DNA of 64,000 bases from Minisyncoccota bacterium (GTDB lineage: Bacteria > Patescibacteriota > Minisyncoccia > Phycocordibacterales > UBA9973). Below are positions 28,366-37,979 of the stretch, piece by piece. How positions within the stretch are numbered: the stretch's first letter is position 1; every line of letters begins with the position of its first letter. The notes under the pieces were generated by a model. It worked only from the letters and a program-made list of their open reading frames with translations, was not told where the DNA came from and made no database searches. The stretch covers positions 30,440 to 94,439 of the forward strand of contig DATJJU010000015.1 of NCBI GenBank assembly GCA_035491955.1, given 5' to 3'. The translations under genes and the position numbers were made by a program.

Positions 28366-30984
28366 GTGGAGAGTGCGGCTGAGACCATTGTAGTTAAAGG
28401 TGCCCGTACTCATAACCTTAAAAATATTAGTGTAGAAATGCCTCGTAATGCCATGGTGGCTATTACGGGAATGTCAGGTTCAGGCAAGAGTTCCTTAGCA
28501 TTTGATACTATTTTTGCAGAAGGCCAACGTCGATACGTTGAGTCGCTCTCTTCTTATGCGCGGCAATTCTTGAACCAAATGCCAAAGCCTGATGTTGATG
28601 AGATCACCGGTCTCTCACCAGCCATCTCTATCGACCAAAAATCTCGCTCAAACAACCCCCGCTCAACAGTTGCGACTATTACCGAGATCTATGACTATCT
28701 TCGCGTGTTGTATGCTCGTGTTGGTAAGGCATACTGTCCTGTTTGTGGCACTCTGATTCAGAAGCTTTCGATGGAAGAAATTAATGGATTCATTCTGGAC
28801 AAGATCAAGGATCTTTCTAAAGCAAAGAATAAAGAAGTCATGGGTGTTGCATGGAACGATACTCGCATTCAGATTTATGCGCCTGTTGTTCGCGGACGAA
28901 AAGGTGAGTACTACCAGTTGCTTTACGATTTGCTCGGACGTGGCTTTTCTACCGTACGTGTTGATGGGCAGCTCAAGAGTCTCCGTGAGCGCATTGAAAT
29001 GAATAAGACTACTCCGCACACTATTGAAGTATTGGTGGACGAACTTGCTGTGCACGAATTCAAAGATACTCCTCGTGATGCAGAGCTTCGCTTATCAGAA
29101 GCGGTAGAACGTGCTCTCTTGGAAGCTGATGGTTTGGTGCAAGTAACATTTGGCACGTCGCCAGATTTCTCAATGGATACAGACTTGCTACAAGAATTTC
29201 TTCTTTCAAGTAAATTTGCTTGTCCAAATGACGGCTTCTCATTTCCAGAAATTGAACCGCGACTCTTTTCATTCAACAGTCCGTATGGCGCATGTCCTAC
29301 CTGTAATGGTATCGGTACAAAGTTTTTTGGCGGCACAGAACCGTGTGAGACCTGTCACGGCAAGCGCTTGCGCCCTGAGGCATTGAATGTTTTTCTCGGA
29401 GAGCATTCTGCTACAAAGCACGGTCAGAATATTGTTGATGTAACAAGTATGTCTGTAGAAGAAGCGTTTGATTTCTTCGTATCATTGAAACTCTCTTCAA
29501 AAGATAAGGAGGTTGCTCGAGCAGTATTGAAGGAAATCGAAGACCGCCTGAATTTCTTGCTGAATGTTGGTCTGGAATACTTGGCGCTCAGTCGTACCGC
29601 AAATACTCTTTCTGGCGGAGAAGCACAGCGTATTCGTTTAGCTTCACAGCTTGGTTCACGTCTCGTGGGGGCAATGTACGTCTTGGATGAGCCAACCATT
29701 GGTCTGCACCAGCGCGACAATGAACGCTTGATCCGTACGCTCGAAGACTTGCGCGATATCGGCAACACTATTCTTGTTGTCGAGCACGATGAGGATACTA
29801 TTTTTGCATCAGACTATATTGTTGATATCGGTCCAAAAGCTGGAGTGCATGGCGGAGAAGTGGTGGTGTCAGGCTATCTCGATAAATTGCTTGCAGCGAA
29901 AACTAATCCTTCTGGTTCGCGAACGCTCGCATATCTCCGAAAGGAAGAGCAGATAGAAGTGCCGGAGAAGCGGCGAGATGATGACAAGGGCACTATTAAA
30001 GTCGTCGGAGCAAATCTTCACAATATTCATAATCAAAACATTGATGTACCGCTCGGACGCATGGTAGCAATCACTGGCGTGTCAGGTTCAGGGAAAAGTA
30101 CATTCTTGTACGATATTTTGTATAGCAATCTTCAGGCTCGCTTTGAACGTAAAATGCGCAGTGCGAAGACATTTAATTGCGCGTCATTTACAGGCAGTGA
30201 ATACTTAGCGCGCGCTATTCTTATTGATCAATCGCCGATCGGCCGTACGCCGCGTTCAAACATTGCTACATACACTGGAGCGTTTACCCATATTCGCGAG
30301 CTCTTTGCTTCCACCGAAGAAGCGCGCTTGCGCGGCTGGAAAGTAAACCGCTTCTCCTTCAATGTTAAAGGCGGACGCTGTGAAGCGTGTGAAGGCAATG
30401 GTGAAATTGCCGTAGAGATGCACTTCTTGCCGACTGTCTATGTGACGTGCGATGTCTGCGGAGGAAAGCGCTTCGATAAAGAAACCCTAACAGTGAAATA
30501 CAAGCGCAAGAGCATTTACGATGTCTTGCAATTGACCGTAGAAGAAGCTATGGAATTCTTCCAGGATATTCCAGCTATTTCAGATCGCCTTACAACACTG
30601 AATGACGTTGGTCTTGGCTATGTGAAGCTTGGACAAAGTGCTACCACGCTTTCTGGTGGCGAAGCGCAGCGCGTAAAGATTGCCTCAGAACTGTATCGCC
30701 CATACCTTGAAAAGACTATTTACCTGCTCGATGAGCCAACTGTTGGCTTGCACTACGATGATGTGAAGAATCTTATCGGTGTTTTGAATCGTCTTGTTGC
30801 CAAAGGAAACACTGTTGTTGTGATCGAACACAATCTTGATCTGATCAAAGCTGCCGACTGGCTGATCGACTTCGGCCCCGAAGGTGGAGTTCACGGTGGT
30901 AAAATCGTTGCTAAAGGCACACCTGAAGCTGTCGCCAACAACAAAAACTCCTTCACTGGCCATTATCTAAAGAAAATTTTATAA
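28366..30984 (+). CDS. uvrA: excinuclease ABC subunit A
   Basis: Two ABC ATPase modules and Zn fingers are present. I chose the GTG start at about 28366 (RBS AGGAAGGAG 5 nt upstream; N-terminus 'MESAAETIVVKGARTHNLKN'). The track's ATG at 28336 sits inside a TGgTATAAT extended -10 box. Confidence 0.92.
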   Translation: MESAAETIVVKGARTHNLKNISVEMPRNAMVAITGMSGSGKSSLAFDTIFAEGQRRYVESLSSYARQFLNQMPKPDVDEITGLSPAISIDQKSRSNNPRSTVATITEIYDYLRVLYARVGKAYCPVCGTLIQKLSMEEINGFILDKIKDLSKAKNKEVMGVAWNDTRIQIYAPVVRGRKGEYYQLLYDLLGRGFSTVRVDGQLKSLRERIEMNKTTPHTIEVLVDELAVHEFKDTPRDAELRLSEAVERALLEADGLVQVTFGTSPDFSMDTDLLQEFLLSSKFACPNDGFSFPEIEPRLFSFNSPYGACPTCNGIGTKFFGGTEPCETCHGKRLRPEALNVFLGEHSATKHGQNIVDVTSMSVEEAFDFFVSLKLSSKDKEVARAVLKEIEDRLNFLLNVGLEYLALSRTANTLSGGEAQRIRLASQLGSRLVGAMYVLDEPTIGLHQRDNERLIRTLEDLRDIGNTILVVEHDEDTIFASDYIVDIGPKAGVHGGEVVVSGYLDKLLAAKTNPSGSRTLAYLRKEEQIEVPEKRRDDDKGTIKVVGANLHNIHNQNIDVPLGRMVAITGVSGSGKSTFLYDILYSNLQARFERKMRSAKTFNCASFTGSEYLARAILIDQSPIGRTPRSNIATYTGAFTHIRELFASTEEARLRGWKVNRFSFNVKGGRCEACEGNGEIAVEMHFLPTVYVTCDVCGGKRFDKETLTVKYKRKSIYDVLQLTVEEAMEFFQDIPAISDRLTTLNDVGLGYVKLGQSATTLSGGEAQRVKIASELYRPYLEKTIYLLDEPTVGLHYDDVKNLIGVLNRLVAKGNTVVVIEHNLDLIKAADWLIDFGPEGGVHGGKIVAKGTPEAVANNKNSFTGHYLKKIL

Positions 30985-31694
30985 AAAACAGCGACCTGGT
31001 CGCTGTTTTAATTTTAATTTATCTACCTTTGCTAGACTCATTTTTAATGAGAAAACAGAAGTTTGGGGTTGGTGAAAAATTTCACGTATTTAATAGAGGT
31101 GTTGATAAAAGACATATTTTTTTAGATAAGAATGATGTCGAAAGATTCCTGCTTTGCATGAAAATCTTTAATGATGTAGAGCTGTCTGGAAGTCTCAAGA
31201 AAGCACTTTCTAAAAAGTATATGAAAAGCGACGCAGTTCCGCTGGTTAATTTTATTGCACATTCACCCGAGATAAATCATTTCCACTTTATCCTTGAAGA
31301 AGCGGTGGAAAATGGAATTAGTAAATTTATAAAAAGAGTAACTGGTGGCTATGCCTGGTACTTTAATAACAAATACAAAAGATCAGGTACTTTATTTGAA
31401 TCTCCTTTTAAAGCAAAACATATTGGATCAAACGAGTACTTATTATATGTAAGTGCCTATGTAAATCTAAATGATCAACAAAAACAATACAGCGACCTGG
31501 TCGCTGGAATATCTAGCTGGGGGGAATATAAGACTAATAAGCCCACATTCTGTACTCATAAACATCTTGTACTTGATCAATTCGAATCGCCGGAAGATTA
31601 TGAAAGGTATGCCTTAGAAGTGCTTGAACAGGTAAAACTTAACAAGCAAAGATATAAACTTTTAGATCTATAAAAAACAGCGACCTGGTCGCTG
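30982..31694 (+). mobile_element. REP/RAYT-like unit: IS200-like HUH Y1 transposase bracketed by three copies of a palindromic repeat
   Basis: TAAAAAACAGCGACCTGGTCGCTG occurs at 30982-31005 and at 31671-31694. A diverged copy (CAGCGACCTGGTCGCTG) lies at 31490-31506 inside the ORF. The TAA of the repeat provides the stop codons of both uvrA and the transposase ORF. Confidence 0.6.
31029..31673 (+). CDS. IS200/IS605-family Y1 (HUH) transposase, REP-associated tyrosine transposase (RayT, COG1943)-like
   Basis: N-terminus 'FHVFNRGVDKRHIFLDKNDVERFL', HUH motif 'NHFHFIL', and a Tyr-containing helix 'WYFNNKYKRSGTLFESPFKAKHI...YLLYVSAYVNLN'. Confidence 0.65.
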   Translation: MLDSFLMRKQKFGVGEKFHVFNRGVDKRHIFLDKNDVERFLLCMKIFNDVELSGSLKKALSKKYMKSDAVPLVNFIAHSPEINHFHFILEEAVENGISKFIKRVTGGYAWYFNNKYKRSGTLFESPFKAKHIGSNEYLLYVSAYVNLNDQQKQYSDLVAGISSWGEYKTNKPTFCTHKHLVLDQFESPEDYERYALEVLEQVKLNKQRYKLLDL

Positions 31695-31733
31695 AGTCTT
31701 TAGAATTTCTTCCATGTTTCTTGAGGGGCTATT

Positions 31734-32633
31734 TTGTATGCTAGGGGCATGATGTCATTCGAAGAATTTAAACAGTGGTTTGATCAGCAATTTTTTGCAT
31801 TATTAGAAGAGAAAGGGAATGAGTTTGCGTCATATAGCAATGAGGCAAGCATAAAAGATATTGTTTCGTATATCTCAGTATTTGCCAAAGGAGGGAAGCG
31901 CTTGCGACCATATATGGCATATGTTGGATATGTTACAGAAGGCGGAGAGCATGATCTGTTTGAGTTGTTCGCAAGCATTGAGCTCCTTCATTTATTCTGT
32001 CTTGTGCATGACGATATCATGGACAATGCCTTTGCTCGTCATAACACCAAAACTATTCACGAGAAGTTTGATAGATCGATTGCTATTCTTGCCGGAGATT
32101 TGCTCTTAGCCTGGTCATTTGAATGCATGCAGGTCGTGGCAGAGTATGAGCCATACACGAGCGATGATGCAATGAAAGAATATAATCTTTTATTGAAAGA
32201 AGTGATACACGGTCAAATGCTTGATGTATTGCCTACGAGCACTACTCCCACAAAAGAACTCTTGGAAAAAGTTATTGAATTGAAAACAGCTCGCTATTCT
32301 TTTTACCGTCCACTTGCACTCGGCATGATATTGGCTGGCGGCGATGAAGAAGCGCTTGATTTCGCTAAGAGCTTTGGCGTTCAGATCGGTATAGCATTTC
32401 AGCTTATTGATGATCTCTATGACTGGCAGGATGATAAGAAAAATGGCCAGCACACCATGGTGACATGGTATGAAAATGCCCACCCTGATGATTCGCCTCA
32501 AGATATTCGTCATCATATCCAAGCGCTTATTGCCAACGCTGTAGAAGAGGCTCAAGAAGCCATATATGCTGCTAATAAAGACTCAGATCCGGTCTGGGAG
32601 GAAATTGTTGATCGATTTGGTATACTGAGGTAA
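31734..32633 (+). CDS. trans-polyprenyl diphosphate synthase (FPP/GGPP/long-chain type)
   Basis: First Asp-rich motif 'LVHDDIMD' and second 'FQLIDDLYD'. The start may be the internal ATGATG at about 31749. Confidence 0.85.
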   Translation: MYARGMMSFEEFKQWFDQQFFALLEEKGNEFASYSNEASIKDIVSYISVFAKGGKRLRPYMAYVGYVTEGGEHDLFELFASIELLHLFCLVHDDIMDNAFARHNTKTIHEKFDRSIAILAGDLLLAWSFECMQVVAEYEPYTSDDAMKEYNLLLKEVIHGQMLDVLPTSTTPTKELLEKVIELKTARYSFYRPLALGMILAGGDEEALDFAKSFGVQIGIAFQLIDDLYDWQDDKKNGQHTMVTWYENAHPDDSPQDIRHHIQALIANAVEEAQEAIYAANKDSDPVWEEIVDRFGILR

Positions 32634-33592
32634 TGAAAAAGGAGCAATTACCGACATTAGAAAATGAAGAAAATAATGAGCCTATTATAGAACAGGATCC
32701 GATGAAGGACCCTCAGTACAGTGAGATGTACAATGAGGCTCAAGAAAGTTTTTATAAACAACAAGAACAAGAAGATAGCGAGAAAGCCAAGGCACTCCAT
32801 GCTGATATTCTTGAACATACAAAGGATCGCCAACTTTCTGATACTGTCGTAACTCCTGAAGGAAAGCTCGAAGGAACTTCCTTTAATGCATCGGTAAAAG
32901 AAAAAAAGCCAAAGGCATATTCAATGAAAGGCATGCGACTTCTTGCAGTGGCAGCATTGGCGCCGATCTTGAGCATGCTACCTCTTCATTCAAAAGCAGG
33001 TGGTACAGAAAAGGGTGGAGATAAGGATAAAGATGTTGCCAAGGTTGAAAATGTTGCTCCTACTCCGGAACCTGTTTTTCATGGAGTAACTGATGAGAAT
33101 AAAAGACATTGGAATAAATATATTGATTATCTGGATTCAATCGGTCTAAAAGGGAGTCCAGAATTGAACCATCGCGCAGTATCTGAAAAAACGATGAAGG
33201 ATTTTATTAAAAAGAATCCTGGCACAACCTTCAGTAAAGATTTAGTCGTAAAAATTCAAACGGCATTGAAAGATTACCAAACAAAGTTGAATGAATTAGA
33301 AAAGAAGGCTGAAGCAAAAGGTAAGACTATTGCATTGCGAGCGGACAATGGCGTAAAAGGGTACACATTCATGGACGATCTTAATAAGACCGACACAGAC
33401 GGTTTCGCTGGGCAATTTACGACCAGATTTAAGTTTCCAGGTGAAAGACATACCTTTAAAAAAGAAGAGTATATGACTGGAAAAATTCCCGGTAGAGACC
33501 TTAATGTAGATAGATTAATTAATGACCCTAAACGTACTATAAAGAACACTTACAAAGAATTTGCTGAGCCAACTGACGAGTCCACTAATTAA
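32633..33592 (+). CDS. hypothetical protein with acidic N-terminal region, internal TM/signal-like helix and extracytoplasmic C-terminal domain
   Basis: TAATG coupling to the upstream gene. The hydrophobic stretch 'LLAVAALAPILSMLPL' sits near residues 104-119. Confidence 0.4.
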   Translation: MKKEQLPTLENEENNEPIIEQDPMKDPQYSEMYNEAQESFYKQQEQEDSEKAKALHADILEHTKDRQLSDTVVTPEGKLEGTSFNASVKEKKPKAYSMKGMRLLAVAALAPILSMLPLHSKAGGTEKGGDKDKDVAKVENVAPTPEPVFHGVTDENKRHWNKYIDYLDSIGLKGSPELNHRAVSEKTMKDFIKKNPGTTFSKDLVVKIQTALKDYQTKLNELEKKAEAKGKTIALRADNGVKGYTFMDDLNKTDTDGFAGQFTTRFKFPGERHTFKKEEYMTGKIPGRDLNVDRLINDPKRTIKNTYKEFAEPTDESTN

Positions 33593-33600
33593 TACTATCT

Positions 33601-34866
33601 ATGATCCGGCAAGAGTTAGACAAATTAGCATTGCCGAATGAGCCGGGAGTATATTTCTGGAGAGACGGTAATGATCATATCCTCTATATAGGAAAAGCGA
33701 CATCATTGCGCGATCGCGTGCGCTCTTATTTTGCGCCTGATGTTATCAAGACTCGCGGTGCGCATATTGTGGACATGGTCTTCAAGGCTACGACCGTGAC
33801 CTATGAAGTGACACATACTGTCTTGGAAGCACTTATCTTGGAAGCTAATCTCATTAAAAAATACAAGCCGCACTACAATACCAAGGAAAAGGACGATAAG
33901 AGTTTCAATTGCGTAGTTATCACCAAAGAAGATTATCCACGCGTTATTTTGGTACGACAAAAAGATATCGATAGCCGAACAAAGACTGTGACATTGCCGC
34001 GCCTGGGTTTGAATAAGACAAAATATGATGTTGTTTTCGGTCCATTTCCGAGCGGTCCTAGCATACGCGAAGCATTGAAAATTATTCGTCATATTTTCCC
34101 GTTTCGTGATCGGGCAAGTGCTCAAAAAGACAAGGAAGCATTTTATCGGCAAATTGAGCTTTCACCGGATGTTTCAAATAAAGAAGTAGGAAAAGAATAT
34201 AGAAAAAATGTTGGCCGTATCAAAATGATACTGCAAGGCAAGATGCAATCATTGATCAAAGGATTGAAAAAAGAAATGATGATGGCTGCCAAGAAAGAAG
34301 ATTTCGAGGAGGCGGAAATTTTAAAGCAAAAAGTATTTGCCCTTGAGCACATTCAGGATATTTCATTGATCAAGCGCGACTTGGAACGGGCGAGCGGAGA
34401 ATCAGTCTTTCGATTGGAGGCGTATGATATTGCGCACTTGTCCGGCAAGCAGATGGTGGGCGTGATGACGGTAGTGGAGAACTCCACAACGAACAAAAAT
34501 GAATATCGAAAATTCATCATTCGGGGTTTTGATAAAGCTAATGACGCCGGTGCGCTTCGCGAAGTACTAGTGCGTCGCTTAGCTCATACTGAATGGCCAT
34601 ACCCGAACGCTATTGTAGTAGATGGAAATGTCATTCAAGTAAATGTTGCCAAAGATGTATTAGGAGAACTGCAACTTGAGATACCTATTATTGCAGTGAC
34701 AAAAGATGAGCGCCATCGCCCGAAGTCTATCTCTGGTCCGCAGGAAATCGTTGAAGCGCATAAGTTCGCCATTCTTCTTTCTAACTCTGAAGCGCACCGT
34801 TTCGCCATTACTTTTCATAAGCAAAAGCGTTCAAAGGCTCAGTTTGGAGATACAGTAAAAAAGTAA
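33601..34866 (+). CDS. uvrC: excinuclease ABC subunit C, short form lacking C-terminal (HhH)2
   Basis: GIY-YIG domain 'GVYFWRDGNDHILYIGKATSLRDRVRSYF', a UVR domain and an RNase H-like endonuclease domain are present. The 421-aa ORF ends before any HhH motif. Confidence 0.8.
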   Translation: MIRQELDKLALPNEPGVYFWRDGNDHILYIGKATSLRDRVRSYFAPDVIKTRGAHIVDMVFKATTVTYEVTHTVLEALILEANLIKKYKPHYNTKEKDDKSFNCVVITKEDYPRVILVRQKDIDSRTKTVTLPRLGLNKTKYDVVFGPFPSGPSIREALKIIRHIFPFRDRASAQKDKEAFYRQIELSPDVSNKEVGKEYRKNVGRIKMILQGKMQSLIKGLKKEMMMAAKKEDFEEAEILKQKVFALEHIQDISLIKRDLERASGESVFRLEAYDIAHLSGKQMVGVMTVVENSTTNKNEYRKFIIRGFDKANDAGALREVLVRRLAHTEWPYPNAIVVDGNVIQVNVAKDVLGELQLEIPIIAVTKDERHRPKSISGPQEIVEAHKFAILLSNSEAHRFAITFHKQKRSKAQFGDTVKK

Positions 34867-34890
34867 AAGGGCGCAAGTGCGCCCTTTTTG
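34867..34890. terminator. intrinsic terminator AAGGGCGCA-agt-TGCGCCCTTTTT
   Basis: Read directly. Confidence 0.7.
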
Positions 34891-34891
34891 C

Positions 34892-35077
34892 TTAGTACGG
34901 ATCTTCGCCGAAAATGGTTATGGTCGGTTTATCATCGTCCGGCTTATCTTCTTTTTCCTTCTCTAGCTCGCTGATTTCTTCAGCTTGCTCATGAGTCTCC
35001 TCCTGAAGCTCTTCTACTCTCTGCTGAAGATCTTCATTGCTTGGAGTAGTCTCCTCGTCATCGCCTGGTGTTGCCAT
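34892..35077 (-). CDS. possible small highly acidic protein (61 aa)
   Basis: Glu/Asp-rich ORF. Whether it is translated is uncertain. Confidence 0.2.
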   Translation of the reverse strand: MATPGDDEETTPSNEDLQQRVEELQEETHEQAEEISELEKEKEDKPDDDKPTITIFGEDPY

Positions 35078-35182
35078 AATTTTCTATATTAAATGTTAAT
35101 ACATAGTATTCATATGTATATACGTAATAGTACGCCCATATTTTACATCGTCAAGAATATGAGCTCCTGCTATACTATATGC

Positions 35183-36142
35183 ATGCAACGAGTCGGCATC
35201 CTCCGCGGAGGGGTCAGTCCTGAATACGACATATCGCTTAAGACAGGAGCGACTGTTCAACGCGCCTTGCATGAAGCAGGACTGGAAGCGGTAGATATGC
35301 TGCTTGATAAGGATGGCGTGCTCCACATCAAAGGCATACCGGCTGACATGTCCCGAGCAAAAGATTCTGTCGATATGGTATGGAATGCTTTGCACGGAGA
35401 ATTTGGCGAAGACGGCCAAGTGCAGGCCTTGTTTGAAAGCTACGGTATTCCGTATACAGGATCGTCCGCGGAAGTAGCACAGCTAGCCTACAATAAGCAG
35501 TCAGCTAAAGAGCACGCTAAGGCTCTTGGTATCAACACCCCGCAGTCTCTCTTGATTTTACCCGAAGGTACTGAGTCAGTGTCGGAGGTAACGCAGCGCA
35601 TCTATAAAACAATGGCACCGCCATGGGTCCTGAAGCCGTTGAAAGGAGGAGGGTCAGTTAACACATACTTTGCATTTACTCCGCTTGAATTAGCGCAGTT
35701 CGTTGAAGAAAGTATTTCTGATGCACAGCCATTTTTGGCTGAACAATATATAGTCGGAAGGGAAGCGTCAGTTGGTGTGATCGATAATTTTCGCAATCAA
35801 GATCCATACGTACTGCCTGTCATAGAAGTAGCGTCGCCTTCTCGTGACATTTTGAAAAACGAAACACGCAGAAATGTTGAAGAACAGTATGCGCGGCTTC
35901 ATGGAGGATTTACTAAACAAGAGCGCGATGTATTGAGCGAGCTTGCAAAAAAACTTCACCAGCACTTTGGTGCTAAAGATTATTCCCAAAGTGAATTCAT
36001 TGTTGATCGCCGCGGCAAGCCATGGTTTATCGAGCTTGATACTCATCCGCACCTCACCAATAACTCGCCATTCCTCGCCGCTCTCGAATCAGTCGGCATA
36101 TCGCTCCAGGAGTTTGTAAGATCTATTGTAAATAAGAAATAA
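35183..36142 (+). CDS. ddl: D-alanine--D-alanine ligase (ATP-grasp)
   Basis: 'RVGILRGGVSPEYDISLKTG' is a Ddl N-terminus and the remainder is an ATP-grasp fold. I chose the internal ATG because the first 30 codons of the track ORF look non-coding. TATACT lies 6 nt upstream, so the transcript may be leaderless. Confidence 0.75.
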   Translation: MQRVGILRGGVSPEYDISLKTGATVQRALHEAGLEAVDMLLDKDGVLHIKGIPADMSRAKDSVDMVWNALHGEFGEDGQVQALFESYGIPYTGSSAEVAQLAYNKQSAKEHAKALGINTPQSLLILPEGTESVSEVTQRIYKTMAPPWVLKPLKGGGSVNTYFAFTPLELAQFVEESISDAQPFLAEQYIVGREASVGVIDNFRNQDPYVLPVIEVASPSRDILKNETRRNVEEQYARLHGGFTKQERDVLSELAKKLHQHFGAKDYSQSEFIVDRRGKPWFIELDTHPHLTNNSPFLAALESVGISLQEFVRSIVNKK

Positions 36143-36192
36143 AAATACCGCAGAGATGGGGTATTTTACATTCATTTACTTTCTCACTTTTT

Positions 36193-37347
36193 ATGGTAAA
36201 GTCGAGGAAATTGAACTTAAACAATAGCATTATGGAAACAGTAGAAAAAGAAACTATTTCTCTCGAAGAATTTCGCAAGACTCCAGTACAGGCACCCCTT
36301 ATGGAAGAGCTCAGAAAACTATATCCCGGAGCATATGACTTAAAGAATACTGTTAAAAATCCCATACCTGTTTTTCATGAAAAAGAGGATGGCGTCATAT
36401 ACGTTATAAAGGCCGATGATCTTGAATGGAGAGCTTCCTGCTACATCTATGTGTTATGGGACGGATCCGTTTTCCATGAAATTTACAAGGACGAATATCC
36501 GCTAAGATATATAGGTAATAATATGTTTGTTAGCGTAGATGAAAAAAACCTTTGGAAAACCGTGACAATAACCTGCGAGAATATTTTTCCCATTAAGAAA
36601 AAAGGAAGTTATCGTTCCGCAAGTCACTACTTTTCGAAAGATACCCAGGCCTTTCATCATCTTACTGACCTAAGGGTCACTAATGCCGGTATATATATTT
36701 CCGGTACAGATAGAAAGTCTGAATCCGCGAAAATAGGATTCTTTCCTTTCGGCGGATATCATGAACTTCATATTATTCAATTTCCTGAATGGGCAGATGT
36801 CAGCACTTGGCAGCCAGCATATGATGGAGAGGAAATATTTTTTTCGGATGAATTCACCATTTACACACTTTCATTCTCAGAAAAGAAAGACAATGTAAAA
36901 GTGATTGTCCATCCAAAAGATGTGGATGTCCGTTTAGGTAAAAAACATAGATGGATGCAGTTGCCCAAAGTAGGCACTCAACTGGATGTGTTTGGACCGG
37001 TACACAAATTCATTTTCATTCAAGATAATTATCAACATTATAATTATCTTTCAGATGGAAGAGAGGTCTCGGGTATAATGATGTCTACTTATCGCAAGCA
37101 CTGGATACCATTCAACGATGGGTTCATATGTGCTGAGGAGCATGGAAATAACCCGATTACTCTTCGATATTATTTCTGGATAGATGGTTCCTGGCAAAAC
37201 GTTACCATCCTTAGAGATAAAAAATATAAAGATGATTTTCAAAAAATCATGCTTTTAGAAAAGGATGAGGAATCGTTCTATTTTGGATTTAAGGAAGAAT
37301 GGTATCTTATCAATCAAAAAATGATTAAAGCTGCTGTTTCTAAGTAA
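36193..37347 (+). CDS. hypothetical cytoplasmic protein (384 aa, aromatic-rich), no recognisable family
   Basis: Long clean ORF, followed by a strong terminator at 37367-37399. Confidence 0.5.
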   Translation: MVKSRKLNLNNSIMETVEKETISLEEFRKTPVQAPLMEELRKLYPGAYDLKNTVKNPIPVFHEKEDGVIYVIKADDLEWRASCYIYVLWDGSVFHEIYKDEYPLRYIGNNMFVSVDEKNLWKTVTITCENIFPIKKKGSYRSASHYFSKDTQAFHHLTDLRVTNAGIYISGTDRKSESAKIGFFPFGGYHELHIIQFPEWADVSTWQPAYDGEEIFFSDEFTIYTLSFSEKKDNVKVIVHPKDVDVRLGKKHRWMQLPKVGTQLDVFGPVHKFIFIQDNYQHYNYLSDGREVSGIMMSTYRKHWIPFNDGFICAEEHGNNPITLRYYFWIDGSWQNVTILRDKKYKDDFQKIMLLEKDEESFYFGFKEEWYLINQKMIKAAVSK

Positions 37348-37366
37348 GGATAGTGCACTACAATGT

Positions 37367-37399
37367 AAGGCGCTCAGCAAAATGCTGAGCGCCTTTTTA
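37367..37399 (+). terminator. intrinsic terminator
   Basis: AAGGCGCTCAGC-aaaat-GCTGAGCGCCTTTTT. Confidence 0.7.
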
Positions 37400-37416
37400 A
37401 TTGCTATACTAGATAC

Positions 37417-37941
37417 ATGGAAAAAGCAAAATCACCAGTTATGAAATGGTCTCTCATTATAGGCATCGTTATTGTCCTTAATCTCTTTTTCAATTACGCA
37501 TTGTCGTTGGTGTATAAAATGCCAGACTATAATCAGTATTTCCCACAGCAGCAAGTGGTACCGTCGATCACTACTGAAGAACAGTGCGTAGTAGTAGGAG
37601 GGCAGTGGAACTCTAATGTAGTATCTGGACCAAACGGAGAGACAAAACCTCAAGGCTACTGCAATCCTGATTTCAAGAAACAGCAGCAGTTTGATCTGGC
37701 GCAGAAGCATTATGATCGTACCGTGTTCATCGTACTGGTTATACTTGGCGCGCTGAGCCTCATCGTTGGTATGGTTTTCGAAAACACTGTCCTCTCACTT
37801 TCATTTTCATGGGGTGGAGTCCTCTCTCTTGTCATTGCCTCAATGCGGTATTGGTCAGATGCCAATAACCTTCTGAAGGTTGTTATTTTGGCTGTAGCTC
37901 TCGGGGGTCTTATCTATACTGCTATAAAGAAGTTTGCGTAG
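37417..37941 (+). CDS. hypothetical membrane protein (3 TM)
   Basis: Hydrophobic helices are present. Confidence 0.45.
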   Translation: MEKAKSPVMKWSLIIGIVIVLNLFFNYALSLVYKMPDYNQYFPQQQVVPSITTEEQCVVVGGQWNSNVVSGPNGETKPQGYCNPDFKKQQQFDLAQKHYDRTVFIVLVILGALSLIVGMVFENTVLSLSFSWGGVLSLVIASMRYWSDANNLLKVVILAVALGGLIYTAIKKFA

Positions 37942-37979
37942 TTTGCTGAAAAGGGTTTTTTGTGGAAAAATGATTATAT

